Below, one piece after another: positions 27,476 through 37,607 of a stretch of 64,000 bases of DNA. Source of the DNA: Candidatus Avidehalobacter gallistercoris (GTDB lineage: Bacteria; Bacillota; Dehalobacteriia; UBA4068; UBA4997); the NCBI GenBank assembly GCA_018715045.1, contig DVMH01000022.1:10291-74290 (forward strand), in the 5' to 3' direction. Made by a program: the position numbers and the translations under genes. The notes under the pieces are model-generated. The model was not told where the DNA came from. It saw nothing but the letters and a program-made list of their open reading frames with translations, and ran no database searches. The first letter of the stretch is position 1; each line of letters starts with the position of its first letter.

Positions 27476-28636
27476 ATGAGCAAAAAAGAATGTCTGGCTA
27501 TGCTGCTGGCGGGCGGCCAAGGCAGCCGTCTGGGGGCGTTGACCAGAAAAATCGCCAAGCCGGCTGTTTCGTTCGGCGGCAAATACCGTATCATTGATTT
27601 CAGCCTAAGCAACTGTGTTAATTCCGGTATTGATACCGTGGGTGTGCTGACGCAGTATCGGCCGCTGATGCTGAATTCCTACATCGGTACTGGCGCGCCC
27701 TGGGATTTGGATGAGGCCGCAGGCGGTGTTTTCGTGCTGCCGCCGTATGCTACGCAGGACGGCGCGGAATGGTATAACGGTACTGCGGATGCGGTGTATA
27801 AAAATTTGGATTTTATTGAAAGCTATGACCCGGAATATGTGCTGATCATCTCCGGAGACCACCTTTATAAGATGGACTACAATCTGATGCTGGATTTCCA
27901 CAAGCAAAGCGGTGCGGAACTTACCGTTTCTGTCATTGAGGTGCCGCTGGAGGAAGCTGGACGTTTCGGTATCATCACGGCGGCGGCAGACGGCAAAATC
28001 GAGAAGTTTACTGAAAAGCCTGCCAATCCGGACAGCAATCTTGCCTCGATGGGGATCTACATATTCAACTGGCCAACGTTAAAGCAGGCGCTGTTGGCTG
28101 ACGCTAAACTCAGCGAGTCTGATCATGATTTCGGCAAGAACGTGATCCCCATGCTTTTAGCCGAGGGGAAACGCCTTTATGCCTATGCCTTTTCCGGCTA
28201 CTGGAAAGACGTTGGCACGATTGAAAGCTATTATCAGACCAGCATGGACCTGCTGCGTGAGGACAGCGAGTTTGACATCTTCTCTGGCGGGCAGCGCATT
28301 TTCAGCAATTCCAACATCTATCCGCCGCATTATGTGGGCGAGAATGCTGTCATTGAAAATGCCGTGGTTTGCAATGGCTGCACTGTGCTGGGTGAGGTGA
28401 AAAACTCTATTGTCAGCTCTGAGGCGTATGTGGGCGCAGGGGCTAAGGTGGAAAACGCCATACTTCTTCCCGGCGCACGGGTGGAAAACGGCGCCCGCGT
28501 CATGCGCGCTATCGTGGGCGAGGGCGCGGTGATTGAGATGAACGCTTATTTCGGCAGCATGGAAGAGACCGAGCCTGTGCAGGTCTGCGGCGACGGCGAG
28601 CATATCAAGGACGATTTGTGGAGCAGGGGGTATTAA
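27476..28636 (+). CDS. glgC: Glucose-1-phosphate adenylyltransferase
   Basis: [13 protein letters not shown]...[25 protein letters not shown] matches GlgC. GGGAGG SD precedes ATG 27476. Confidence 0.92.
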   Translation: MSKKECLAMLLAGGQGSRLGALTRKIAKPAVSFGGKYRIIDFSLSNCVNSGIDTVGVLTQYRPLMLNSYIGTGAPWDLDEAAGGVFVLPPYATQDGAEWYNGTADAVYKNLDFIESYDPEYVLIISGDHLYKMDYNLMLDFHKQSGAELTVSVIEVPLEEAGRFGIITAAADGKIEKFTEKPANPDSNLASMGIYIFNWPTLKQALLADAKLSESDHDFGKNVIPMLLAEGKRLYAYAFSGYWKDVGTIESYYQTSMDLLREDSEFDIFSGGQRIFSNSNIYPPHYVGENAVIENAVVCNGCTVLGEVKNSIVSSEAYVGAGAKVENAILLPGARVENGARVMRAIVGEGAVIEMNAYFGSMEETEPVQVCGDGEHIKDDLWSRGY

Positions 28637-28637
28637 A

Positions 28638-29741
28638 ATGAGCGGCAGAATTCTAGGACTGATTTCCTGCAACTATAATAACGACGCGTTTGGCAGCCTG
28701 ACTGCTGAACGAGGTATGGCGGCGCTGCCTTTCGGCGGACGCTACCGCGTGCTGGATTTTCCTCTTTCCAACATGGTGAACTCAGGCATACGCACGATCG
28801 GGCTGATTACGCCCTATCATTACCGCGCCATTATGGATCACGTCGGCGTGGGCAAGGAATGGTCGCTGAACCGCAAAAGCGGCGGTATGTTCATTCTGCC
28901 GGGCTCGATTTACGGACTGAAGAATATGCGCTCTACATTTCTTCTGCGCGACATAATTCAGAATCGTGCTTTTTTGGAGCGCGGCGATGAGGAATATGTC
29001 CTCGTTTCCGGCAGCCATAAGGTGTATAATATGGATATGCGGCCGCTTTTTGCGGCTCACCGTGCTTCTGGCTGTGATGTGACGCTGCTTTATAAACAAA
29101 CGGATGACGCTGAAAACCACAAAGAAAGCTATCTGATACTGGACGGTGACCGGGTCAAGGGCTTTGCAGCCGAGGCGCAGGGCAGCGCGGCTTGCTTTAT
29201 GGACTGCTTCATCATTAACCGCGAGCTGCTGCTTAAGTTTATCGAATGGTATAAGGCGCTGGGTTATCTGGATGTGATGGATATTATGGCGGAGAACCTG
29301 CCGAACCTGAACGTGGGTGCTTATCCGTTTGAGGGTTACCTGGGTCAGATGAACAATATCCGCGATTATATGGCCTGTTCGCAAGACCTGCTGCGTGAGG
29401 AGGTACGGCGAGAGGTGTTCTCTGCCGAGCATAAGGTTTGCACCAAAGCTCAGGATAACCCGCCCGCCAAATACGGCGTAAATCCCCTGGTACATAATGC
29501 GCTTGTGCCCACTGGCTGCATTATTGACGGCACGGTGGAAAACAGTATTCTGTTTCGCGGTGTTAAAGTGGGAGAGGGGGCGGTTGTCCGAAACTGTGTC
29601 ATCATGCAGAAAACCGTGGTGGAAGCGGGTGCAGTGCTGGAAAATGTCATCTGCGATAAATATGTGACCGTTAGCCGTGGCAACAAGCTGTTCGGTACGT
29701 CTGCCAAGCCGTTGGTGATACCCAAGGGAAGCGAAATTTAA
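28638..29741 (+). CDS. glgD: Glucose-1-phosphate adenylyltransferase regulatory subunit GlgD
   Basis: Paralog of GlgC lacking the GGxGxRL activator-site glycine run (ALPFGGRYRVLDFPLSNMVNSGI); sits immediately after glgC, as in Firmicutes. Confidence 0.85.
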   Translation: MSGRILGLISCNYNNDAFGSLTAERGMAALPFGGRYRVLDFPLSNMVNSGIRTIGLITPYHYRAIMDHVGVGKEWSLNRKSGGMFILPGSIYGLKNMRSTFLLRDIIQNRAFLERGDEEYVLVSGSHKVYNMDMRPLFAAHRASGCDVTLLYKQTDDAENHKESYLILDGDRVKGFAAEAQGSAACFMDCFIINRELLLKFIEWYKALGYLDVMDIMAENLPNLNVGAYPFEGYLGQMNNIRDYMACSQDLLREEVRREVFSAEHKVCTKAQDNPPAKYGVNPLVHNALVPTGCIIDGTVENSILFRGVKVGEGAVVRNCVIMQKTVVEAGAVLENVICDKYVTVSRGNKLFGTSAKPLVIPKGSEI

Positions 29742-29777
29742 TTTAAGTGAATTACATTGAAACGGGTGAAATAAAAT

Positions 29778-31235
29778 ATGGTAAAAAGCAAAAATGCGCC
29801 GCGGGTTTTGTTTGCCAGCTTTGAGGCCGAGCCTTTCGGTAAAACCGGCGGCCTGGGCGAGGTGGCGGGGAGCCTGCCACAGGCGCTGAAACGGGCTGGT
29901 GCGGAGGTGCGCGTAATACTCCCGAAACTGCCGACTATGCCGGAAAGGCTTGCAGCGCGGCTTCAGCACGTGGCGGATTTTAAGCTGCCGCTGGGCTGGC
30001 GCTGGCAGTATTGCGGCGTTGAGCGGCTGGACTATAAGTATCAGACCTATTATTTCATCGATAATGAGTATTATTTTAAGCGCGGCGCTTTCTATGGCTA
30101 TGACGATGACGCCGAGCGCATCGCCTTTTTTGCCAAGGCGGTGCTGGAGGCTTTACAGTATATCCCGGATTTTCAACCGCAGCTTATCCACTGCAACGAC
30201 TGGCATACCGCGCTGGTGCCGGTGCTGCTTAGGGAGCAGTATATGCAGGCCGCGGGCTATAGTGGGATCAGAACGCTGTTTTCAGTGCATAATCTGAGAT
30301 TTCAGGGTAAATATGACCCCAATTTTTTGGGCGACGTATTGGGCTTGGCGGATAAAAAGCCCGCGCGTGATCAGCTTATCCGCGATGGGGCGCTGAATTA
30401 TATGTTGGGAGGGATCTGCTATGCCGACCGTCTGCTTACAGTGAGTCCCACCTATGCGGAGGAGATTTGTACGCCCGCTTTTGGCGAAGGGCTGGACGAT
30501 GTGTTCCGCCGTCGTGGGAATGTGCTGGCCGGCGTGTTAAACGGTATTGACGTTAAAACATATGACCCGGAGCGTGACAAATTTATTCCGGCCTGTTTCA
30601 GCGCTGCCAAAATGACCGGCAAGGCCGCCTGCAAAGCTGCCGCACAGCGCGAGTTCAACCTGCCGGAGCGGTCTGATTTGCCTATGTTGGTGCTTATAAG
30701 CCGTCTGACTGAGCAGAAAGGGCTTGACCTGCTGCTGCATATTCTGGGCGAACTGCTGGAGCAACCGGTGCAGGTGGCGGTACTGGGCGTTGGTGACCAA
30801 AAATATGAAAATGCTTTTCGCTGGTTTAACGATAAATATGAGAATTTTGCCTGCCGTCTGCAATTTGACGACCGGCTGGCGCATTTGCTTTATGCTGGGG
30901 GCGACGCTCTGTTGATGCCATCAAAATTCGAGCCATGCGGGCTGGCGCAGATGATTGCCATGCGCTATGGCACGTTGCCCATTGTGCGGGAAACAGGAGG
31001 GCTTAAAGATAGCGTCACACCTTATAACCAATATACTGGTGGAGGCACGGGCTTCAGCTTCGCCAATTATAACGCGCATGAGCTGCTGTTTACGGCAAAA
31101 ATGGCATTGAGTGTTTATTATGACAGCCCCAAGGTGTGGCGCCGTCTGCAAAAGCAGGCAATGGCGCAGGATTTCAGCTGGAACCGTTCGGCGGAAAAGT
31201 ATGTTGAAATTTATAAACAATTATTAAGCGAATAA
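29778..31235 (+). CDS. glgA: Glycogen synthase (ADP-glucose type)
   Basis: FASFEAEPFGKTGGLGEV...LP; GT5 family C-terminal motifs (PSKFEPCGLAQMIAMRYGTLPIVRETGGL). Confidence 0.92.
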   Translation: MVKSKNAPRVLFASFEAEPFGKTGGLGEVAGSLPQALKRAGAEVRVILPKLPTMPERLAARLQHVADFKLPLGWRWQYCGVERLDYKYQTYYFIDNEYYFKRGAFYGYDDDAERIAFFAKAVLEALQYIPDFQPQLIHCNDWHTALVPVLLREQYMQAAGYSGIRTLFSVHNLRFQGKYDPNFLGDVLGLADKKPARDQLIRDGALNYMLGGICYADRLLTVSPTYAEEICTPAFGEGLDDVFRRRGNVLAGVLNGIDVKTYDPERDKFIPACFSAAKMTGKAACKAAAQREFNLPERSDLPMLVLISRLTEQKGLDLLLHILGELLEQPVQVAVLGVGDQKYENAFRWFNDKYENFACRLQFDDRLAHLLYAGGDALLMPSKFEPCGLAQMIAMRYGTLPIVRETGGLKDSVTPYNQYTGGGTGFSFANYNAHELLFTAKMALSVYYDSPKVWRRLQKQAMAQDFSWNRSAEKYVEIYKQLLSE

Positions 31236-31250
31236 CGGAGATAATGCTTG

Positions 31251-34200
31251 ATGAGGCTTTTGCATGATTCCCACCGGGCGGAGTATCGCTCGCCTTTCGG
31301 TGCGCTGCCGCTGGGCAAGAGTTTAACTCTCTCTCTGGATGTTTGGGACGAGGATACCGAGGATGGTGGCTGGCTAACGGACGCCAAGCTGCGTGTTTGG
31401 CGTGAAGGACGGGGTGAAGAACTGCTGACGCTTACCCCTCAGATTTTAAGTGAAAATTACCGCCGTTTCAGCGTAACCATGCCGCCGGAGGAGGAACCGG
31501 GGCTGTTTTGGTATTATTTTATGTTGCAAGAAGCTTCGGGCAGTCTGCTTTTTTATGGCAACAATGCGGCGCACATGGGCGGCGTGGGAGAGATGAACCT
31601 CTCCGAACCCTGTTCTTATCAGGTGACGGTTTATCGACCAGAAGTTACTCCCGCCTGGTATCGGCGGGCGGTGTGCTATCAGATTTTTCCCGACCGTTTC
31701 TGCCGGGGCGATGATTGGCAGGACTGTCAGCGGCGGGCGGCAGCGGCTGATTGGCTTGGTTCCTGCCGCGTAGTGCAGCAAAGCTGGCATGACAAGCCGT
31801 TTTACGGCTATGACGACAAGGGGCGTGTGGTGCGCTGGCCATTTTTTGGCGGCAATCTTGCGGGTATTCGAGATAAGCTGCTGTATCTGAAAAGTCTCGG
31901 GGTGACGGCGGTTTACCTGAATCCTATCTTCCGTGCTACCTCCAATCACAAGTACGATACAGCGGATTATCGCCAGATCGATCCCAGTTTCGGTACGGAA
32001 GAAGACTTTGAGCTTCTTTGCGCGGCGGCGGCCAGGCTTGGTATCCGTATTATTCTGGACGGTGTGTTCAGTCACACCGGCGAGGACAGCCGTTATTTCA
32101 ACAAATTTGGCAATTATCCTGACCTGGGCGCGTATCAAAGCGAAGAATCGCTCTATTATTCGTGGTATAAATTTAAGAATTACCCGGAGGAATACGCCAG
32201 TTGGTGGGGTGTTTCTGCTTTGCCTGAGGTGAATGAGCAGGATGAAAGTTACCGCCGTTTTATGCTTGGTGAGGACGGTGTGGTGCGGTATTGGCTGCGG
32301 CATGGCGCTTCGGGCTGGCGGCTGGATGTGGCTGACGAACTGCCAGACGCGTTTATTCGGGATTTGCGGCAGGCTGCCAAGGCGGAAAAGCCGGACTCCC
32401 TGATTCTGGGCGAGGTGTGGGAGGACGCAAGCAACAAACGGAGCTATGGCGATCTGCGCTCCTATTTGCTGGGCGGCGAGCTGGACGCGACAATGAACTA
32501 TCCGTTCCGGGATCGTGCGCTGGCTTATCTTATGGGCGAGCAGAGGGCAGATGATTTGGCAGCGGCGCTTATGAGTCTGAAAGAGAATTATCCGCCGGAG
32601 CATTTCGCCGCGGCGCTGAATCTGCTGGGTTCACATGATACGCCGCGGGTGCTGACGGTGTTGTCAGGCGCTGTGGAGCCTGCCGACAAAATTGCGGCGG
32701 AGTATTTTACGCTTACGCCGGAACAGCGGGCATTGGCTAAAAGCCGTCTAAAACTACTTGCGCTCATGCAATTTGCTATGAGGGGTGTGCCGCACATTTA
32801 TTACGGCGACGAGGCGGGACTGGCTGGCTTTGCCGACCCATTTAACCGTGCGCCTTATCCATGGGGCGATGAGGATGATGAGCTGCTGGACTGGTACCGT
32901 CGCTTGAGCCGCCTGCGTGGAGAATACGATTTGCTGGTGGACGGAGATTTTCAACCGCAGGCGCTCTCACCGGACGTTTATGCCTGCCGCCGTTATTGGA
33001 CGGATAGCGATGAGAATCATGATGAGAATAATATAGAAGAAATCTGGTTGGTATGCAACCGATTGGGCGAGCCTCAAGAGGCCAAAGTGCCGCTTTCTGC
33101 TGCTTTCGGCTGGGGTATTGAGCTGCTTTCCGGCGAAGAAACGGATGTAAAAGGAGGTTTGAGTCGAATGCTGCCGCCTTATGGGGCGGAAATTTGGTTA
33201 TTCCGCTCTGCGGCGCCGCAGCCAATCAAACTTCCCCGTATGGCAGGCGTGCTGTGCCCAGTGTTGGCGCTGCCGACTTCCGAGGGGGGCTGGGTCTCTT
33301 CTTGCCGTCGTTTCGTGGATTTTCTGACTTTGGCTGGACAGAAATTGTGGCAGGTACTGCCGCTTAACCCGGTGGCGGAAAGCTTATCCCCCTACACGCC
33401 GCTTTCAGTGTTTGCAGGGCAGGAGCAGCTGGCGGCAGAGCTTTTGCGGTGTGTGGACTGGAGCGCCGAGCCGTCGGAGGAGTATTTTGAGTTTTGTCGT
33501 AATAACGCTGACTGGCTGGACGATTACGCTCTGTTTGCCGCTATCTGCGAGGCACGGGCGGGGCTGCCCTGGCAGCGCTGGCCACAGGCAGAGCGTGAAC
33601 GCGAGGATGTACCGCGTCTGATGGCCGCTTATGCTGAGGGGATGGAGAATTGCCGCCGCCGGCAGTATCTGTTCCGACGCGAATGGCATACTGTGAAAGA
33701 CTATGCTAACAAGCATGGCATACGTATTATCGGCGATCTGCCCATCTATCCTGCAGCGGCTGGAGCAGACGTTTGGGCGCACCGCGATTTGTTCCTGCTG
33801 GACGAGGCTGGTTATCCGCTTCTTTCCGCCGGTGTGCCGCCTGATTATTTTGCCGCCAGGGGACAGAACTGGGGTAACCCGCTTTATAACTGGGAAGCCA
33901 TGCGCCAGGATAACTACCGTTGGTGGCGTCGGCGTTTTGAGCTGGCGCTGGAGGATTTCGATTACCTGAGGCTTGATCATTTTCGCAGCTTTGCCGCTTT
34001 CTATGCGATACCGCAGGGCGAGGACGCAACGCAGGGATGCTGGCTGAAGGGGCCGGGGCATGGTTTTTTCCGCAGTATCGAGCGTGAACTGGGGCGTTTG
34101 CCTTTGCTGGCTGAGGATCTGGGCTTCCTGGACCGCGAGGTGTATAACCTGCTGCGGCTGGCAGCATACCCAGGTATGGCCGTTTATCAGTTTGAGCCGG

Positions 34201-34523
34201 AAAGAATTGCGGACGCGGCGTATCTCTCCGGGCGTGTTCTATATAGCGGTACGCATGATAACCAGACTTTGGCGGGCTGGCTTTCTGCCAGGGGTGGCGT
34301 GCCGGCGGTGGAGCGCGAACGGCAGGTGATAAATGAGCTTTATCAGAGTCAGGCGCCGTGGGTGATAATACCTTTGCAGGATATGTTCTCGTTGGGCGAT
34401 GAGGCGCGTCTGAACGTGCCGGGACAGGCCGAGGGCAACTGGCGCTGGCAGGCGGACTGGCAGCAATTCAAGCTGACGCTGGCGGCGGAGTATCAGAAAA
34501 TGGCCAAAAGTGCCGGACGTTAA
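31251..34523 (+). CDS. Two-domain protein: N-terminal GH13 alpha-amylase-family catalytic domain fused to C-terminal GH77 4-alpha-glucanotransferase (amylomaltase, MalQ-like)
   Basis: GH13 conserved regions I-IV (DGVFSHT; GWRLDVADE; LGEVWED; LLGSHDTPR). From about residue 660, RMAGVLCPVLALPTSEGG...FVDFL..AGQKLWQVLPLNP...SPY matches the MalQ N-terminus, and the rest matches GH77 (GDLPIYPAAAGADVW...NWGNPLYNWEAM). A single uninterrupted 1091-aa frame. Confidence 0.8.
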   Translation: MRLLHDSHRAEYRSPFGALPLGKSLTLSLDVWDEDTEDGGWLTDAKLRVWREGRGEELLTLTPQILSENYRRFSVTMPPEEEPGLFWYYFMLQEASGSLLFYGNNAAHMGGVGEMNLSEPCSYQVTVYRPEVTPAWYRRAVCYQIFPDRFCRGDDWQDCQRRAAAADWLGSCRVVQQSWHDKPFYGYDDKGRVVRWPFFGGNLAGIRDKLLYLKSLGVTAVYLNPIFRATSNHKYDTADYRQIDPSFGTEEDFELLCAAAARLGIRIILDGVFSHTGEDSRYFNKFGNYPDLGAYQSEESLYYSWYKFKNYPEEYASWWGVSALPEVNEQDESYRRFMLGEDGVVRYWLRHGASGWRLDVADELPDAFIRDLRQAAKAEKPDSLILGEVWEDASNKRSYGDLRSYLLGGELDATMNYPFRDRALAYLMGEQRADDLAAALMSLKENYPPEHFAAALNLLGSHDTPRVLTVLSGAVEPADKIAAEYFTLTPEQRALAKSRLKLLALMQFAMRGVPHIYYGDEAGLAGFADPFNRAPYPWGDEDDELLDWYRRLSRLRGEYDLLVDGDFQPQALSPDVYACRRYWTDSDENHDENNIEEIWLVCNRLGEPQEAKVPLSAAFGWGIELLSGEETDVKGGLSRMLPPYGAEIWLFRSAAPQPIKLPRMAGVLCPVLALPTSEGGWVSSCRRFVDFLTLAGQKLWQVLPLNPVAESLSPYTPLSVFAGQEQLAAELLRCVDWSAEPSEEYFEFCRNNADWLDDYALFAAICEARAGLPWQRWPQAEREREDVPRLMAAYAEGMENCRRRQYLFRREWHTVKDYANKHGIRIIGDLPIYPAAAGADVWAHRDLFLLDEAGYPLLSAGVPPDYFAARGQNWGNPLYNWEAMRQDNYRWWRRRFELALEDFDYLRLDHFRSFAAFYAIPQGEDATQGCWLKGPGHGFFRSIERELGRLPLLAEDLGFLDREVYNLLRLAAYPGMAVYQFEPERIADAAYLSGRVLYSGTHDNQTLAGWLSARGGVPAVERERQVINELYQSQAPWVIIPLQDMFSLGDEARLNVPGQAEGNWRWQADWQQFKLTLAAEYQKMAKSAGR

Positions 34524-34544
34524 AGTTTTAAGGGGGCAAAAGAG

Positions 34545-36104
34545 ATGAAGATAACCGATAAACCGAACTGGCAGCTTTATCTGGATGAGGCAAGCGGTCT
34601 TGCGCTGGATTTTGGCGGGCTGCGGCAGCCGCTTGATTTGGCGGCATATGCAGAAAAGTGCGAACATGCGCTGGCCGCCATGCAGTCGCTGGAGGCGGGC
34701 GCTATTGCCAACCCGGACGAGGGACGCATGGTAGGGCATTATTGGCTGCGCCGGCCGGAAATTGCTCCCACGCTGCAAATCGCTGCTGAGATCACTGAAA
34801 CGCAGCAAAAAATCAGTGATTTTGTGCAAAAAATACACACAGGCGCTATCGTGGGCTGCACAGGACATCCGTTCACACAGGTTTTGGTCATCGGTATCGG
34901 CGGCAGCAGTCTGGGACCTGTGTTTGTTTCGCAGGCGCTTAAGTCGCAGCAGGATAAGATGAGGTTATATTTTATCGACAACACTGATCCAGACGGCATG
35001 GACAGCGTTTTTGCCGCGATTGGCGGGCATGATGCGCTGGCACAGACGCTGGTCATAGTTATCAGCAAAAGTGGCGGCACAATCGAGACGCAGAACGCCC
35101 TGGTTGAAACACAGGCGATGTTTGCCTCCGAGGGTTTGGATTTTTATGCCAACGCCGTGCGTATAACCCAGCGGGGCAGCGGTTTTGATACCGCTCCCGA
35201 CGCGGAGAAATGGCTGGCCGCTTTCCCGATGTGGAACTGGGTTGGCGGACGCACCTCGGTGCTTTCCGCTGTGGGGTTGCTGCCGCTGGCATTACAGGGT
35301 GTTGATACCGGGGCGTTGTTAGCCGGGGCGGCAGTTTGTGACGAGCTTGGCCGTGCGGAACCTGCTGCTAATCCTTCGCTGCTGCTGGCGCTGTTCTGGC
35401 TCAGTGAGACGCGGGGCGAGGGTGGCAGTTTGCTGGCAGTGCTGCCTTATAAAGACCGTCTAATGCTTTTGGCTAAATACTTGCAGCAGCTGGTGATGGA
35501 ATCGCTCGGCAAGGAGTTTGATCTGGCTGGGCGTGAGGTAAGGCAGGGTTTGGCGGTGCTTGGTAATAAGGGTTCCTCCGATCAGCATTCCTATGTGCAG
35601 CAGCTGGTGGCGGGGCCCCGGAATGCTTTTGTGGTGTTCATAGAGGCTCTTTCTGACCGGGAGGGCGCTTCTCCTGTCGTGCGGGAGGCGAGCACCAGCG
35701 GTGATTATTTGCAGGCGTTTCTGCTGGGAACCAACCAGGCTCTTTATGACCACGGCCAAAGCAGCGTTATCATCACTGTGCCGGAGGTTTCGGCTTATTA
35801 TGTCGGTATGCTGATTGCGCTATTCGAGCGCGCTGTGGGCTTCTATGCAGATTTTGTCGGCGTCAATGCTTATCATCAGCCGGCCGTGGAGTTCGGTAAA
35901 AAGGCGGCGGGAGATATCATCAGCCTGAAGAACCAGGCGTATCAATACCTTGCGGCGCGCCCGGGCGAGGCATATGACGCGGCGGCACTGGCCGGATTGC
36001 TGGGCGCAAGTGAACGGCAGCTTTGGCATATACTCAGGCATTTGGCGGCCAACCATGCTGAGATCAGTGAGCAGCACGGCGGATTTCTGTATGTGTCGGA
36101 ATAA
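34545..36104 (+). CDS. pgi: Glucose-6-phosphate isomerase
   Basis: 519 aa; SIS-domain motifs (VLVIGIGGSSLGP, ISKSGGTIET) and a C-terminal catalytic region (GNKGSSDQHSYVQQL). Confidence 0.85.
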   Translation: MKITDKPNWQLYLDEASGLALDFGGLRQPLDLAAYAEKCEHALAAMQSLEAGAIANPDEGRMVGHYWLRRPEIAPTLQIAAEITETQQKISDFVQKIHTGAIVGCTGHPFTQVLVIGIGGSSLGPVFVSQALKSQQDKMRLYFIDNTDPDGMDSVFAAIGGHDALAQTLVIVISKSGGTIETQNALVETQAMFASEGLDFYANAVRITQRGSGFDTAPDAEKWLAAFPMWNWVGGRTSVLSAVGLLPLALQGVDTGALLAGAAVCDELGRAEPAANPSLLLALFWLSETRGEGGSLLAVLPYKDRLMLLAKYLQQLVMESLGKEFDLAGREVRQGLAVLGNKGSSDQHSYVQQLVAGPRNAFVVFIEALSDREGASPVVREASTSGDYLQAFLLGTNQALYDHGQSSVIITVPEVSAYYVGMLIALFERAVGFYADFVGVNAYHQPAVEFGKKAAGDIISLKNQAYQYLAARPGEAYDAAALAGLLGASERQLWHILRHLAANHAEISEQHGGFLYVSE

Positions 36105-36121
36105 TAGGGGGTACAAGCAGT

Positions 36122-37123
36122 ATGAGCACGTTTCAGCAGGCGGATTGGCCGGAAAAGATCCGCTATATGAACGAATACGATAACTTTGCCCGGCTTTATG
36201 GTATCAGGCTGGTGGATTATAATGTGGGCTTTGCGCATATGCAGATGGAGGTGCAGGCGCAGAGTATGTATTTGAATTCGCAGGGGCGGATACATGGCGG
36301 CTGGCTTTCGGCCATGCTGGTTATCGCTGGGGGAAAGGCCGCGCGTTCTTATGGGCAGGAGGTGCGGATAATCGAGCTGACGATGAATTATTACCGCGGC
36401 GTGTCAGGCGGTTTGGTGAACATATTTGCTACTGAGAAGCATCGCAACTGCCACATCGCCGTCTATGATGTGGAAATGCGCACGGCGGATGGGAAATTGG
36501 TGGTGGCGGGGGTGACGACGTTTGTGCTGTTGGACGAGCCGGTTTCCTATCATCTTTTGCCCAAACCAACGGCCACGCATTCTTTTGCACGTGAATTTCC
36601 TATCTGGCCGGAGGAGCGGGCTGACCTGCATGCTGAGATTCCTGGGCTGCGTGCCTGTTTTCGCGATTCCGATTGGCCGGCCAAACGCGTTTACATGAAT
36701 GAGAACGAGAACCTGTTTTATTCCGAGAACATCACGGTGACGGAATACGGCAAGGGGCTGTGCCGTGCTAAGCTTGACCCGCTGCTGCCGCGGCATTTTG
36801 ACGCGCGGGGCAAGTTGGAGCCGGCCTGGCTGGCGGTGGTAATGGATCCGACCATAGGCAAACCTTCGCTTTCCATGGGTGAGTTCAGTCTTACTGCACA
36901 GATGAGCATCAGCTTTTTCAGTGTGGATACGGTGGGTGGCCTGTTTGCTGAGGGGCATGAGCGCAGCCGGGGTGAGCATTTCAGCGTCTGCGAGGGAGAA
37001 ATACTGGACTCTCGCGGCCAGCTTTTGGCCAGCGGCGCTTGCACTATGTATCTGCGCCATACCGAGATAGATTTCCGGCGCGAGCACCCGCTGAATTATC
37101 CTGAAGGGCCGGAGGGCGCGTAA
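36122..37123 (+). CDS. Tandem (double) PaaI-like hotdog-fold thioesterase
   Basis: Two repeats, each resembling the 7683-8186 protein: ADWPEKIRYMNEYDNF...GRIHGGWLSAMLVIAGGKAA, then SDWPAKRVYMNENENLFYSENITVTEY.... Confidence 0.7.
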   Translation: MSTFQQADWPEKIRYMNEYDNFARLYGIRLVDYNVGFAHMQMEVQAQSMYLNSQGRIHGGWLSAMLVIAGGKAARSYGQEVRIIELTMNYYRGVSGGLVNIFATEKHRNCHIAVYDVEMRTADGKLVVAGVTTFVLLDEPVSYHLLPKPTATHSFAREFPIWPEERADLHAEIPGLRACFRDSDWPAKRVYMNENENLFYSENITVTEYGKGLCRAKLDPLLPRHFDARGKLEPAWLAVVMDPTIGKPSLSMGEFSLTAQMSISFFSVDTVGGLFAEGHERSRGEHFSVCEGEILDSRGQLLASGACTMYLRHTEIDFRREHPLNYPEGPEGA

Positions 37124-37270
37124 GCCTGGCAAAATCATGATTGAGTTTTTTTCTAAAATTACCGCCATAGACGCTATTTCAGCGCTGATGAATTAGTGGC
37201 TATCGGCGGTGATTAGGAGTTAAAGAGCAGATTATCGTTATTTTTCTGGATGGTAAAGAGATATAAGTAT

Positions 37271-37306
37271 AAAAATCCCCGGACTGAAATCAGTACGGGG
37301 ATTTTT
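37271..37306. terminator. Bidirectional intrinsic terminator (AAAAATCCCCG-loop-CGGGGATTTTT) between the hotdog gene (+) and tRNA-Pro (-)
   Basis: Perfect 7-bp GC-rich stem flanked by A5 on one side and T5 on the other. Confidence 0.6.
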
Positions 37307-37391
37307 ATGTCCATCTTTTTAGAGTTGGTTATACAGTAGGTTATTGATAAACGCCTGCATACTGCAAACCGTGCTAAATTAAGGGCTTTTT

Positions 37392-37468
37392 TGGTCGGGA
37401 TGACAGGATTCGAACCTGCGGCCCTCTGGTCCCAAACCAGATGCGCTACCAAACTGCGCTACATCCCG
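37392..37468 (-). tRNA. tRNA-Pro (anticodon TGG), encoded CCA
   Basis: Reverse complement CGGGATGTAGCGCAGTTTGGTAGCGCATCTGGTTTGGGACCAGAGGGCCGCAGGTTCGAATCCTGTCATCCCGACCA. Cloverleaf with anticodon loop TTTGGGA. Confidence 0.9.
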
Positions 37469-37607
37469 GAGTATAATTAATATTATATGTCAAACAGCGC
37501 GGCTTGTCAATCTTGTTGTAGCAGTCTTGATAAATTCTGCTAAAAGATTTATAATAGAACAAGGCTTTATTTCAGCGGTCTTAATGCTGTGGTGGGAGGT
37601 TTATTTT

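Noticed and set aside
31446-32603. 385-aa minus-strand ORF within the GH13 domain region
   Set aside because: Antisense to a well-supported catalytic domain; basic low-complexity composition.
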